Shown in pieces: positions 12,787 to 27,308 of a stretch of 64,000 bases of DNA. A model generated the notes under the pieces. It saw only the letters and a list, made by a program, of their open reading frames with translations, was not told where the DNA came from and searched no databases. The stretch is taken from assembly GCA_951406725.2 (NCBI GenBank), contig OX597824.1, forward strand, positions 19,406,001 to 19,470,000. The letters run 5' to 3'. The stretch comes from Octopus vulgaris. Its lineage: Eukaryota. The stretch's first letter is position 1. Each line of letters starts with the position of its first letter. The translations under genes and the position numbers were made by a program.

Positions 12787-13180
12787 CACATTCTTTAACA
12801 AAGATCAATAATATAAAAAGAATTCAAACGTGTCCTTCGGTTTTCCGAATGAACGAAGAGAAGGAATAAGGTAAAAAAAAAACAAAAAAAAAACAGAATT
12901 AAACTAAAATATTGTATAAAAAAATTTCCTCCTTTACACATTCAAAAACATTGTGAATATAATTCTGCAAGGGGTTACACACTAGTCACCGGTGTTACAT
13001 TGAAAATTATACGGCAGAAAATTGTTCCAGTGAATGACTGACATTTCTGGTCAAACTTACAAAGTGTTTCACTCTCAAGAAAGAACGAAGGGAAGAATTC
13101 TTGTTTGAAACTAAAACTGTTTGTATGAAAAAGAACCAGTTCCCCATGACACATACAAACATTCTCGCCATCTTCTGCCT

Positions 13181-13812
<632 letters not shown>

Positions 13813-13869
13813 CCTCACTGTGTTTTGTCTCTCTCTCTCTCTCTCACACACACACGTACTCTTTATAAA

Positions 13870-14142
13870 TATTCTGTGTGTGTGCGTGTGCGTTCGTGCG
13901 TGTAGATTTATACACGGGCATCTAAATGTGTGTGCATGTGTATATGCATGCATATGTGTACATGTGTGTATGTATGTATTTATGTATCTATACACGTATA
14001 CATATAAAATATTGCGCGGTAGCAATATACGTGTGTATGTTTGTATGTGTGTGTGCGTGTGTGTTTGTAAGTATATATACATGTATACATATACATATAT
14101 ATATATATATATATATACATACATATATATATATATACATAC

Positions 14143-14191
<49 letters not shown>

Positions 14192-14260
14192 TATATACAT
14201 ACATACATATGTAAATATGTATGTATGTATGTATGTATGCATGTATGTATGTATGTATGT

Positions 14261-14314
<54 letters not shown>

Positions 14315-14698
14315 GCGTTTGTACGTATACATATATGTATGGATGGATGTATGTATATATATATGTATGTACGCACACGTACTTATATACATACGAGAGA
14401 CTATACAGTCACAGAGAAAAGCCACTTGGAAGCCTTGACACTCACCTATCCCAAACATATGAATATAATTATGAAATTACATGGAAACACAACTTTGTGG
14501 CCTGACCTGGTTTCTCGCATGTGTGTATAGGTGCATACATGTGAGAGGAAATGCATCCGTCTATATGCAAGGATGCATACATGTGGATGCCCACATGCAA
14601 CCCTATCCTCGAAACCAACGCCCACTCTACATGTCTATCTCTTGGATGTCTGTATGCATATATGTATCCATTCCAGTATGTATGTATGTATGTATATG

Positions 14699-14730
<32 letters not shown>

Positions 14731-14810
14731 TGTATGTATGTATGTTTGTATGTATGTATGTATGTGTGTGTGTGTATGTATGTATGTATGTATGTATGTA
14801 TGTATGTATG

Positions 14811-14841
<31 letters not shown>

Positions 14842-14858
14842 GTGTGTATGTATGTATG

Positions 14859-14892
<34 letters not shown>

Positions 14893-15186
14893 TGTGTGTG
14901 TGTGTATGTATGTATGTATGTATGTATGTATGTATGTATGCATGTATGTATGTATGTATGTATGTGTGTGTGTGTATGTATGTATGTATGTATGTATGTA
15001 TGTATGTATGTATGTATGTATGTATTAATGTATGTATGACTGCGTGTATATACGTTGAGTATACCGCAAAGCGTGTCTTCATACATGTATATATTTTCGT
15101 CCATGTATACACATGCACATATACACACTCATGCATGTCTAATACTTATACACATACACGTACATATATATGTATATGTACAGATG

Positions 15187-15240
<54 letters not shown>
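13870..15240. repeat. (TG)/(TA)/(TATG)/(GATA) microsatellite field
   Basis: Directly visible, with a less repetitive island at about 14400-14680. Confidence 0.9.
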
Positions 15241-15241
<1 letters not shown>

Positions 15242-15422
15242 AATCTAGGATAAAATTTCTTTTTGAAAAAAATTTTTATCAATGGCCAGCATATTAAAAA
15301 ATTGAATGGGCTGGAGTATTTCTATTTTGGATGTATTTGGGATTCTTAATTGTGCTCATGACTTAGTGTTTTGCTTCTTCCATGGGTATGAGTAAGTATC
15401 TCATTTATTTCTTTTGCCACAT

Positions 15423-15477
15423 GTATCACTGATGAAGGGAGGGCTGTTAAGAGCTAACTCTGAAATCGGTCCGGTAT
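15423..15477 (+). ncRNA. Degenerate type I hammerhead motif inside a (TA)n-flanked element (about 15240-15615)
   Basis: CTGATGA (15429-15435), imperfect stem II GGAG..CTCT, GAAA, ATCGGT (near-palindrome), GTC, stem I GTATCA/CGGTAT. Confidence 0.55.
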
Positions 15478-15666
15478 GGTAATAATGGTATGTTTTAGAA
15501 ATTGCTGTCGGCCTTTTTTCGAGTAGCGTGCGTATTGTGAAAAAATTATATGGTTAATGGACAATATGTCCAATTTTTCGGCATATCAGGCATTAGAAAT
15601 TTTTTCGTTTGCCCTTATATATATATATATATATATATATAGATATATATATATATATATATATAT

Positions 15667-15763
<97 letters not shown>

Positions 15764-15765
15764 TA

Positions 15766-15925
15766 GGCATAGGAGTGGCTGAGTGGTAAGTAGCTAGGTT
15801 ACGAACCACATGGTTCCGGGTTCAGTCACACTGCGTGGCACCTTGGGCACTTGTGTCTTCTACTATAGCCTCGGGCCGACCAAAGCCTTGTGAGTGGAAA
15901 CTGAAAGAAGCCCGTCGTACATATG

Positions 15926-15964
<39 letters not shown>

Positions 15965-15965
15965 C

Positions 15966-16000
<35 letters not shown>

Positions 16001-16407
16001 TTGTGTGTCTGTGTTTGTCCTCCCAACATCGCTTAACAACCTATTTCTTTACTACCCACAAGGGCTAAACACAGAGAGGACAAACAAGGACAGACAAACG
16101 GATTAAGTCGATTACATCAACCCCAGTGCGTAACTGGTACTTAATTTATCGACCCCGTAAGGATGAAAGGCAAAGTCGACCTCGGCAGAATTTGAACTCA
16201 GAATGTAATGGCAGACAAAATACGGCTACGCATTTCACCCGGTGTGCTAACGTTTCTGCCAGCTCACTCGCTTAACAACCGATGCTGGTGCGTTTACGTC
16301 CTCGTGACTTAGCTTACAAAGAATAAGTCCTGGGGTCGATTTGCTCGACTAAAGGTGGTGCTCCAGCATGGCCACAGTCAAATGACTGAAACAACTAAAA
16401 GAGTAAA

Positions 16408-16410
<3 letters not shown>
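15766..16410 (+). mobile_element. SINE-A interrupted by SINE-C
   Basis: A head at 15766, A tail to 16410, split at a 13-bp TSD. Confidence 0.9.
16042..16267 (-). mobile_element. SINE-C, near full length, nested in SINE-A
   Basis: TSD TCGCTTAACAACC at 16029-16041 and 16268-16280. Confidence 0.92.
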
Positions 16411-16488
<78 letters not shown>

Positions 16489-16889
16489 TATATATATATA
16501 TATATGCATATATATACACGCACATACATACATGCATACATATCGTGTAGTAAGTCATTATTTGAACTACGGGTCATACACACACTCACACGCACACTAA
16601 AAACCGCTTAATATAATCATGAATAATATTAACAGGTATCATCATTAACAAAAGTAGTGGGTTCCAAAGAGGCTCAGTATCTCGTGCTTAACGTTAGCCG
16701 TTGATTGTAATCGATATTTCTCAGTACCAAAATGATCATAAACTGCATTATTCTAGAAAATGTTCTCACTCATTCTCTCTCTCTCTCTCTCTGTTTCTCT
16801 ATCAATCAATCTATCTATGTCTTTTATTTATTTATTTTATTTTATTTTTCTTTTATTTTTTTTTGTTTTTTTTTGTTCTTTTCTTCCCC

Positions 16890-17028
16890 TTTACGATCCC
16901 TCTTGATCGAAAACCAACGCCACCCCTTTTTTTTTTTGTTTTTTTGTTTTTTTCATCTCCCAAAAGAAAAGCTCTACCTTGTAACTTGTCCCATCTGTGT
17001 GCAGCCCTGTGTGGCCAATAAAGAAACT
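16890..17028 (+). mobile_element. Putative LINE 3' end inserted at (TATC)n
   Basis: Ends TTGTCCCATCTGTGTGCAGCCCTGTGTGGCCAATAAAGAAA, similar to 40500-40580 and to the SINE-C tail. Confidence 0.5.
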
Positions 17029-17371
<343 letters not shown>

Positions 17372-17372
17372 A

Positions 17373-17768
17373 CTCTTTTACTCTTTTACTCTTTTACTTA
17401 TTTCAGTCATTTGACTGCGGCCATGCTGGAGCACCGCCTTTAGTCGAGCAAATCGACCCCGGGACTTATTCTTTGTAAGCCCAGTACTTATTCTATCGGT
17501 CTCTTTTGCCAAACCGCTAAGTGACGGGGACGTAAACACACCAGCTAGGGGGACAAACACACACACACACAAACACACACACATACATATATATATACAT
17601 ATATACGACAGGCTTCTTTCAGTTTCCGTCTACCAAATCCACTCACAAGGTATTGGTCGGCCCGGGGCTATAGCAGAAGACACTTGCCCAAGATGCCACG
17701 CAGTGGGACTGAACCCGGAACCATGTTGTTGGTTAGCAAGCCACTTACCACTCAGCCACTCCTGCGTC
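17373..17768 (-). mobile_element. SINE-A, full length
   Basis: Complete head to (TAAAAGAG)n tail. Confidence 0.92.
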
Positions 17769-18544
17769 TATGATGAATATATCTGATGAATATATCACTA
17801 TAATGATGAATATATCACTATGATGGTTGGATAACGTGATGGTTTAGGCGGTGGTAGTGATAGTGGTAGCGTCGTCGGCGATAGACTTAAGTCGAAAAGT
17901 CGCTAGTTGTATTACAGCAGCTCTCCTGTCACCATTGGGTATTTCCTTTGACCTACAACGGAAGAAATTGATGCAGAGGTCAAGACCTTTAGCCAAAGCG
18001 GCTGACTGGCCGTACACCGCAGTCGCAGGTCAGCGCTCTCACAACACCCACCCTCTCTCTTCTGTTCCGTCTCGTATTTCGTCTGCAGTTGCACTGTCAT
18101 CTGCGGCCGTTCCGTTCGTGACCTCTAAGGATAAATATGTTGTTCAGTTCAAGGCCTATAGCACAAGGTTGAATACGTTAGACAACTCAGCCACAGGTCA
18201 GTGCTTTCCGTCTTTATGTTAGCCATTTTTATTTCAATTTCTTTTTAGGTATTTTTTTTTAGTTTTTGTCCCAATCGTATTCAGCAAATGCGGAATAAAT
18301 AGTAATTCTCTTAAATCTTTTCGTTAACATTCTTTCGGTCGACAAAACTTATTCTCCGAATACAAAACATTTCCATGCAGTTTAGACATTTACAGAGAGA
18401 GATGAATGATAGTTCTTATGATATATGATCGCCATTTCGATAAATCTGAGCAAATGTAAAGCCGAGGGGAAAAGTGGGGGGAAAGAGGGAAAATATGAGG
18501 AGATTTTTTTCTTCTTTTTTTCTTTTTCATTTTTTATGTTTTCT

Positions 18545-18790
18545 GTTTCACTTGTTTCAATCAGTAGACTGCGGCCATGCTGGGGCACTGCTTTGAAGAA
18601 ATTTTAGACGAATGAATGGACTTCAAGTACTCTTTTTTTTTTTTTTTCAAATTGGCACTTTTTCTATCGGTCTCTTACTTGCTGAGGCACAAGGTATGGG
18701 GGACGCAAACAAACCGACATCAGTTATGAAGTGGTTCTGGGGGATAAACACAGACACTAAAAAACACGCACACAAACACATACATACTTT
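18545..18790 (-). mobile_element. Diverged SINE-A 3' half
   Basis: GACTGCGGCCATGCTGGGGCAC..TTCTATCGGTCTC. Confidence 0.7.
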
Positions 18791-18796
18791 TGCGTA

Positions 18797-18827
<31 letters not shown>

Positions 18828-18966
18828 GTATAAACTCGAAAAAGCAAAGAGGACGGACGTTTTTGGGAAAATTTCACAAAATCATTAATTTTAGCTGCAA
18901 ACAAATATAATTGACATCAATTGAATTAGCATTCGTCAGAATTTTTCTTTTTCTCTCTCTCTCTTT

Positions 18967-19238
18967 CACCCTTTTCAAGACGAGCCAGGCTCATGGGCCC
19001 GGTTTCCCGGTTTCTGTAGCGTATGTGTTCACCCCAGCTGGACGGGACGCCAGTCCATCACAGCGTTACTCAAGAAACAGGAAAAGAGTGAGAGAAAGTT
19101 GGGGCGAAAGAGTACAACAGGGGTCGCTACCACCCCCTGCCAGAACCTCATGGAGCTTTTAGATGTTTTCGCTCAATAAACACGCACAACGCCCGGTCTG
19201 GGAATCGAAACCGCGATCCTCCGACCGCGAGTCCGCTG
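18967..19238 (-). mobile_element. SINE: head B + V-domain-like tail
   Basis: B body joined to GATGGACTGGCGTCCCGTCCAG...GAAACCGGGAAACCGGGCCCATGAG (V-SINE-like, from memory). Confidence 0.8.
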
Positions 19239-19239
19239 T

Positions 19240-20055
19240 AGTCGACTGGCCCCCTCCCCCAAAATTTCAGGCTTTGTGCCTAGATTAGAAAAGAAAAGAT
19301 TATTGCTGGTCTTGCATCTTTAGTACACATCGACTCCAGTACACAACCGGTACTTAATTTATCGACCCCGAAAGGGTGAAAGGCAAAGTCGACCTCGGCG
19401 GAATTTGAACTCAGAACGTAACAACAGAGGAAATACCTGTTTCTTTACTACCCACAAGGGGCTAAACACAGAGAGGACAAACAAGGACAGACAATCGGAT
19501 TAAGTCGATTATATCGACCCCAGTGCGTAACTGGTACCTAATTTATCGAGCCCGAAAGGATGAAAAGCAAAGTCGACCTCGATGGAATTTGAACTCAGAA
19601 CGTAACGGCAGACGAAATACCGCTAAGCATTTCGCCTGGCGTGCTAACATCTCTGCCAGCTCGCCGCCTTATAATAATAATAATAATAATAATAATAATC
19701 CTTTCTACTATAGGCACAAGGCCCGAAATATTTGGGGAGGGGCCGGTCGTTTACATCGGCCCCAGTACGTAACTGGTACTTAATTTATCGACCCCGAAAG
19801 GATGAAAGGCAAAGTCGACCTCGGCCGTGCAAGACCAGTAATATTAAGAAGACGAGGAGTAAGTCAATTACCTCGAACCCCAGTGCGTTACTGGTGCTTA
19901 AGTTATCGACCCTGGAAGGATGAAAGACGAAGACGACCTCGGTGGAATTTGAACTCGGAACGTAAAAACTCGAAGAAATGCCGCTAAGCAATTTTTGACC
20001 GGCGTGTCAGCGACTCCGCCAGCTCGTCAGCTCGTCAGCTCGTCAGCTCGTCGCC
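19240..20055 (-). mobile_element. Cluster of SINE-C copies (dimer 19327-19668; copies 19697-19825 and 19860-20055; + strand C2 tail at 19240-19300)
   Basis: Repeated ATCGACCCCGAAAGGATGAAAGGCAAAGTCGACCTCGG core. Confidence 0.88.
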
Positions 20056-20210
20056 ACACATACATAATTAAACACACATCCAGACACATACAAATTATCA
20101 TGCGCGCGCACACATGCGAACACAGGTACACGCGCGCTTGCATGCAAGCACAACCCACGTGCAATTAATGACAAACAACCACACGCGCACATACGCGTGT
20201 ATATACGTAG

Positions 20211-20260
<50 letters not shown>

Positions 20261-20395
20261 ACACCACGCCCACTTGGCACATTCGAGTGATTAAACTCAA
20301 AACAGATAACAACACACATTGCCTTCAATCACAACAGTTTTCATCTTCCATTTTATGACTGCTTATGGTGCGATGTTTTTTGCGATTTAAAAAAA

Positions 20396-20413
20396 AATAT
20401 ATATATATAGAAC

Positions 20414-20510
<97 letters not shown>

Positions 20511-20513
20511 ATA

Positions 20514-20611
<98 letters not shown>

Positions 20612-20635
20612 TATATGTATATGTATATGTATATA

Positions 20636-20707
<72 letters not shown>

Positions 20708-20782
20708 TTTCCCAAATTTCTAGAATTTTATTTTTCTTTCGTTTCGTTTCTTTAAATTTACGAAAATTACCATTTCCCCCCT

Positions 20783-20845
<63 letters not shown>
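20396..20845. repeat. (TA)n/(TG)n/(CT)n microsatellites
   Basis: Directly visible. Confidence 0.95.
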
Positions 20846-20847
<2 letters not shown>

Positions 20848-21188
20848 CCACTTCCTCGGTGTCTCTGGCATCTTGAAACGGAATCGTCAACATCCATCGG
20901 CATCTAACACATAACTCTGGCAACATTGTAACGTGCCTAACTTTATTAGAGATTAGTGACTTCCTAATGTCGTCTTCATCAGTATTTAAAAATCTTCTCC
21001 CCTTTTATTTTATTTTATTTCATTTTTTTTAATTTTATTTATTTATTTATTCATTTATTTATTTATTTATTTATTTATTTTGCCACCGCTACCAACACCA
21101 ACGCCAACACCACTGACACTATTTAGAGAATGACAACATCATCAAATAAGAACAACACATACACGCAGATACATACATACATGCATAC

Positions 21189-21237
<49 letters not shown>

Positions 21238-21266
21238 CATATATATATATATGTATGTATATATAT

Positions 21267-21310
<44 letters not shown>

Positions 21311-21376
21311 GATATATATTCATACACACATACATATACATATATATATATATATAAATACACACACACATATATG

Positions 21377-21411
<35 letters not shown>

Positions 21412-21774
21412 ATGCGTATGTGTATATATATTTATATATATATATATATATATGTATGTATATGAGTACGCATTTTCGTCTCTCAGTTTGTGCATATGTA
21501 TTTGTGTGCGTATTTGTATACGCGTATATACACCTATATTGCAGAACTCACCCCCACCCTCCACACACACACACTCTCACATACAAACACACACACACAC
21601 GCACACACACACACATTTCCAAACCTTCAGACCGGTACAATCTGATAGAGAACAGAATTGGCGCCATGAGTTCATTTAAAAAGATTTCTCAAGATGACGG
21701 GTGTATGTTATTAGAACAATTTGGTAGAAATTTCGATTTAAGCGAAGAGATAGAACGAGAATAGGATGGATTAG

Positions 21775-22798
21775 AGCAGGAGGAAGAGAAAGAAACGGAC
21801 GGACGGATGGATGGAGGGAGGGACGGACGGACGGACGGACGGACGGACGGATGGAGGGATGGATGGATGGATGCATTGATGGATGGTAGTTTGTTTCTAC
21901 CATTGAATGGATGATTAAATAGGTGGGAGAATAGATGGATGGACGGATGGATGGATGCATGGATGGATGGATGGATGGATGGATAGATGGATGGATGGAT
22001 GGATGGAGGGATGGAGGGATGGATGGATGGATAGATGGATGGACGGATGAATGGATGGATGGATGAATGGATGGAGGGAGGGAGGGAGGGAGGGATGGAT
22101 GGATGGAGGGATGGATGGATGGATGGATGGATGGATGAATGGATGGATGGACGGATGAATGGATGGATGGATGGATGGAGGGAGGGAGGGAGGGGATGGA
22201 TGGATGGAGGGAGGGAGGGATGGATGGATGGATGGATGGAGGGAGGGAGGGACGGATGGATGGATGGAGGGAGGGAGGGATGGAGGGAGGGAGGGAGGGA
22301 GGGAGGGATGGATGGATGGATGGATGGATGGAGGGAGGGAGGGAGGGAGGGAGGGATGGATGGAGGGAGGGAGGGAGGGAGGGATGGATGGAGGGAGGGA
22401 TGGAGGGAGGGATGGATGGATGGATGGATGGATGGAGGGAGGGATGGATGGATGGAGGGAGGGATGGATGGAGGGATGGAGGGAGGGATGGATGGATGGA
22501 TGGATGGGTGGGTGGAGGGATGGAGGGAGGGATGGATGGATGGAGGGATGGAGGGATGGAGGGATGGAGGGATGGATGGAGGGAGGGAGGGAGGGATGGA
22601 GGGATGGATGGATGGATGGAATGGATGGATAGATGGAGGGATGCAGGAAGGGAGAGAGGGATGCATGGGTGGATGCATTGATGGATGGTAGTTGATGGAT
22701 GCATGAATGGATGATTAAATAGGAGGGAGAATAGATGGATGAATGGATGGATGGATGGGTAAATGGATCGATCGATCGAACGATAGATGGATGGATGG

Positions 22799-22830
<32 letters not shown>

Positions 22831-23380
22831 GTGGATGGATGGATGGATGGATGGATGGAAGGATGGAAGGATGGAAGGATGGATGGATGGGTGGATGGAT
22901 GGATGGATGGATGGAAGGATGGAAGGATGGATGGATGGATGTGTGAATAGATGGATGGATGGATGGATAAATGGATCGATCGATCGATAAATGGATGGAT
23001 GCTTATATGGATGGATGGATGTGTGGATGGATAAATAAATGGATGGATTGATGGATTGATGGATGGATGGATGGATGGATGGAGGGAGGGGGGGAGGGGG
23101 ATCAATGGGTGGGTAAATGAATGGGTGCATGGATGGATGGATGGATGGATGGATGGATGGATGGATGGATGGATGGATGGATGGATGGATGGATGGACAG
23201 AAATATAAATAAATCGATGGCCGTACAAACCAATCGATGAATGGATGTAATGACGGAGGGTTGATCGGTAGATTGATGGTTGACACGGTTGAATGGATGG
23301 ATAGCTGTGGGTGGGAATGGATGGATGGATGGGTAGATAGATGGACGGATGAATGGATGACTGTGCAGATGGACGGTTGC
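21775..23380. repeat. About 1.6-kb (GGAT)n/(GGAG)n array
   Basis: Directly visible; spacer GAATGGATGATTAAATAGG..GAGAATAGATGG occurs near 21906 and 22705. Confidence 0.95.
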
Positions 23381-23829
23381 TTTACAGCCGTTTCGAAACC
23401 ATTTTTTTGTTTTCTTGGACCCCGTTGATTGCTAGTTTCTTCTGGTGGACCCTCATATCTATTCGATGTTATAAAGTATAAAGTATGGATACTGGCCCCT
23501 TGTAAGTTGTGCGATTGTGCCAGGCGCGCAGGTTTCGCAGCCCAGCGCACAAAACGAAAAGATTTGCACTCTCAAGTTTTTTCAGTTTGAGGTAGAATTT
23601 TTGGAATTGGTAGAAATTCATTGTATAATTTCGTGATTAAATCTAAAATAATGCACATTTCAAAATGGTGTGCATTGGTTTATGTGGTCAATTTGCTTAC
23701 GCGAAATTTCAGCAATGGTTACCAGTATGGATGCGAACATATTTTGAACAATGGGACAAAATTCTCAAAGAATATTTTGCACAGCAAATAAAAAAAATGA
23801 TAATAAATAGGGTTAACATTCTCACTTCT

Positions 23830-24190
23830 CACTTCTTACTTCTTCCTTTTCTTTTTCGTTTTCTTCTTCTTCTTTTTCTTCTTCTTCTTCTTCTTCTTTT
23901 TCTTCTTCTTCTTCTTTTTCTTCTCCTTCTTTTTCTTCTTCTTCTTCTTCTTCTTCCTTCTCCTTTTTTCTTCCTTTTCCTCTTCTTATTATTATTCTTT
24001 TTCTTCTTCTCCTCCTCCTCTTTTTACTTCTCTCTTCTTCTTCTTCTTCTTCTTCTTCTTCTTCTCCACCTCCTCCTTCTTCTCTTTCATCATTTCCATC
24101 TTTCTTCTTCTTCTCGCTTTCTTCTTCTTCTTCTTCTCCTTCTTCTTCTTCTTCTTCTTCTCCTTCTTCTTCTCCCTTTTCGTCTTCTTT
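23830..24190. repeat. (CTT)n-rich tract
   Basis: Directly visible. Confidence 0.95.
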
Positions 24191-24265
24191 ATAAGAATCA
24201 CGGTAAAAGTTCTCGTAAAACGTTGAAAACATGAATCTCTTGACATCTAGTTGTTCTTGTCACAG

Positions 24266-24460
24266 GACTGCAGCCATGCTGGAGCACCGCCTTTTGTCGA
24301 AGAAATCGACCCCGGGACTTATTTTTTGTAAGCCTAGTACTTATTCTTTCGATCCCTTTTGCCGAACCACTAAACTAAGCTACGGGGACGTAAACACACC
24401 AGCATCGGCTGTCAAGCGATGGTGGGAACAAATACAGACACACAAACATATATATAAACA
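24266..24460 (-). mobile_element. SINE-A 3' half (5' half at 25219-25358)
   Basis: Halves separated by an RTE insertion in the internal TA tract. Confidence 0.8.
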
Positions 24461-24486
24461 GAAATTTGGTAGACGAAAGAAGCCCG

Positions 24487-24544
<58 letters not shown>

Positions 24545-24547
<3 letters not shown>

Positions 24548-25006
24548 GGCTGCCCCCTCGTTATCGAGTATGGCCATTGCACGAAGCTTAACTGTTACTG
24601 GTGCTGTGATCGAATGTGACTTTTTAGCCCAGCTAAAGATCTACAATGTCTTGTACAAAATTGGCAACTAAAACCTTTACTGGTAATAGCCGGCTGTAGT
24701 TGTAACTGGGCTTCATGTACCTTTGCATGTCGTTTAAGTCCTCCTGCCGAATTACACTCTCTTCCACATGCCCGACAGATATGATTAGTATGGTGTGTTA
24801 CACCACCACCAGCGGCCAGGTTGTCACTCATCTGTCTCGTTTTATGACTACTAAGATGACTCATGAGTCCAGCTTTACTGAGGCAGGGTCTTGCACAGAC
24901 ATTGCATGTCAGAATCAAAGGAAGACCCTTCCCTTCTGGAAGTGTAACAGCGATGCCCTTCCTGACATCCCTCCTTGCTTTCTCATGTGCAACTCGAGAT
25001 TTCTCA

Positions 25007-25010
<4 letters not shown>
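24545..25010 (-). mobile_element. RTE (BovB/Expander-like) LINE 3' end with three C2H2 zinc fingers
   Basis: FEKSR...[21 protein letters not shown]...[21 protein letters not shown]...[22 protein letters not shown], short 3' UTR, (TA)n on both sides, 5'-truncated. Confidence 0.8.
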
Positions 25011-25046
<36 letters not shown>

Positions 25047-25051
<5 letters not shown>

Positions 25052-25096
25052 CCTTGTGAATGGATTTGGTAGACGGAAACTGAAAGAAGCCCTTCG

Positions 25097-25164
<68 letters not shown>

Positions 25165-25186
25165 CATACATACATACATACATACA

Positions 25187-25220
<34 letters not shown>

Positions 25221-25270
25221 CGAAGGGCTTCTTTCAGTTTCCGTCTACCAAATCCACTCACAAGGCTATA
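25047..25270. repeat. Fold-back palindrome centred on (TA)n
   Basis: About 50-bp SINE-A arms + (TATG)n/(CATA)n; both arms share private variant CCCTTCG and deletion junction CAAGGCTATA. Confidence 0.9.
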
Positions 25271-26062
25271 GTAGAAGATACTTGCCCGAGGTGCCATGCA
25301 GTGAGACTGAACCCGGGACCATGTGGTTGGGAAGCAAGTTTCTTACCACACAGCCACTAATTCCATTATAAGGCATTGGTCATCCTAGAGTCATAAAAGA
25401 AGACCCTTTTGTGCAGTAGCGCTGGACCCAAAGTCACGTGGTTGTAATGTAAGCTTCTTAAGTACACAGCCATATTTGCGATTCTATGCCGTTTTATAAT
25501 TCTGAAGTCCCTTCCGATTATGGGGCCTTGAACTCAAGCTTGTTTAGCTTATTTTTAATATCTCGCATTGCATATCGGACTGTATTGTCCAAAGTGCTTT
25601 TCAGCAGAAACAGAGTGAAATTTCCGGGAAATTCGCTGCTGCTATTTCTGGAAGGTCGATGGGTCAGAGGAGATGTGCTTTCTGCTGTTTTGAGTTTGTA
25701 TGGTGAGTAGTAGTGTGGCTAACTTAATGGAGATCAGTGTCAAGTAATAGTGGCTATTAACAGTGGACAAGATGATGATGGTAGTGGTGTCGGTGGTGGT
25801 GGTGGTGGTGGTGGTGGTGGTGGTGGTGGTGATAGTGGCGGAGGCTTCAATTGAGAGGTTTCCTAACTCACTTAAAGGAGAGGCGAAGTCCGTTGATGTT
25901 ACGAAAAAAACTGGGAGTGGGAAGGATATAGATGTGTGTGTATGTGTGTGTGTATGCGTGCGTGTGCGTGCGTGCACGCGCATGAGTGGGAGCGCTGAGG
26001 TAAAATACATACATACAGACAGATATATATATATATATATATATATAGCTAGGTAGATAGAC

Positions 26063-26092
<30 letters not shown>

Positions 26093-26097
<5 letters not shown>

Positions 26098-26215
26098 GGT
26101 ATGTAGAAAAATACAACATGGACAAGAACGTATAACTCTTAGAAGACGATACAATAAACACGGACAGGACATTCGAAACCCTCAGTCTTCAGTCAAGAAC
26201 CGGATCATCGTAGTA
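26093..26215. mobile_element. Short (TA)n-flanked insert (possibly Penelope-like end)
   Basis: Non-repetitive 120 bp between TA tracts; class is a guess by analogy with neighbours. Confidence 0.35.
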
Positions 26216-26255
26216 ATATATATATATATATATATATATACGTCTATCTACCTAG

Positions 26256-26293
<38 letters not shown>

Positions 26294-26307
26294 CTAGGTA
26301 GATAGAC

Positions 26308-26398
<91 letters not shown>

Positions 26399-26600
26399 TG
26401 TATGTATGTATGTATGTTTGTATATATATACATACAGGGTGCGATATTATATTTTTAACTGCGTGCATGCGCATTTTCTGTTTCTGATTTTCTCGAATAC
26501 ATAGTATAGTGGAGTCAGTTGGGCACCGTCAGTGAGAAAAACTGCACCATGACGCAATTCACTCGACCAGACATAATATATATACATATATATATATAGT

Positions 26601-26666
<66 letters not shown>

Positions 26667-26732
26667 TGCATATACATACATGCATATATACATACTGTCC
26701 TCCTCCCACCTCGGGATCTTTCTTTCTCCTAT

Positions 26733-26767
26733 GTTTCCGACGAAGAGCTCCGCTCGAAACGTCATAC
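26733..26767 (+). ncRNA. Minimal hammerhead-like motif, core variant CCGACGA, in element 26695-26865
   Basis: GTTT-CCGACGA-A-GAGC-tcc-GCTC-GAAA-C-GTC-ATAC; homolog at 41520-41712. Confidence 0.55.
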
Positions 26768-26859
26768 CCTCCTTCTTCCCTTCTTTCCTGAGCGTCCAAT
26801 AATACTTTATTTGTTCCACATCCTCGCGTTGTTGTCTTTTTGTTTTCTTGTTTGGATTA

Positions 26860-26917
<58 letters not shown>

Positions 26918-27308
26918 TAACAATGAGGGTCTTTGTAACAGGTTGCTAGACCACATACCGAAAGTATTAGAAATAGCAGCCAGACGACTGTTATTTCTTT
27001 TACCACAAAAATATGTCCCACAAACAACAGTATTTGTAACTCACTATGGCAAAAAAAAACGAAGAAAAACAACGAAATCAGACAATGTCCGGTCAATTAT
27101 GGACGCATACGTTTCTGGATTAAAATCAGAGATTCATTTCATTTATCAACATAATATTCCGATAAATAAATCTGAAAATGCTAGGAAAATCCTACCACCA
27201 TATTCCGAACAAACGACATCGGACATATAGAAGCCCACCAAGCATATCCACATTTATATAGACAAGCAAATGTCACAAGATGTCCCATTCGACCTTCTTA
27301 TAGTTACT

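Noticed and set aside
24595-25215. Host C2H2 zinc-finger gene
   Set aside because: No TGEKP linkers, N-terminus is microsatellite, and the context fits a truncated RTE 3' end.
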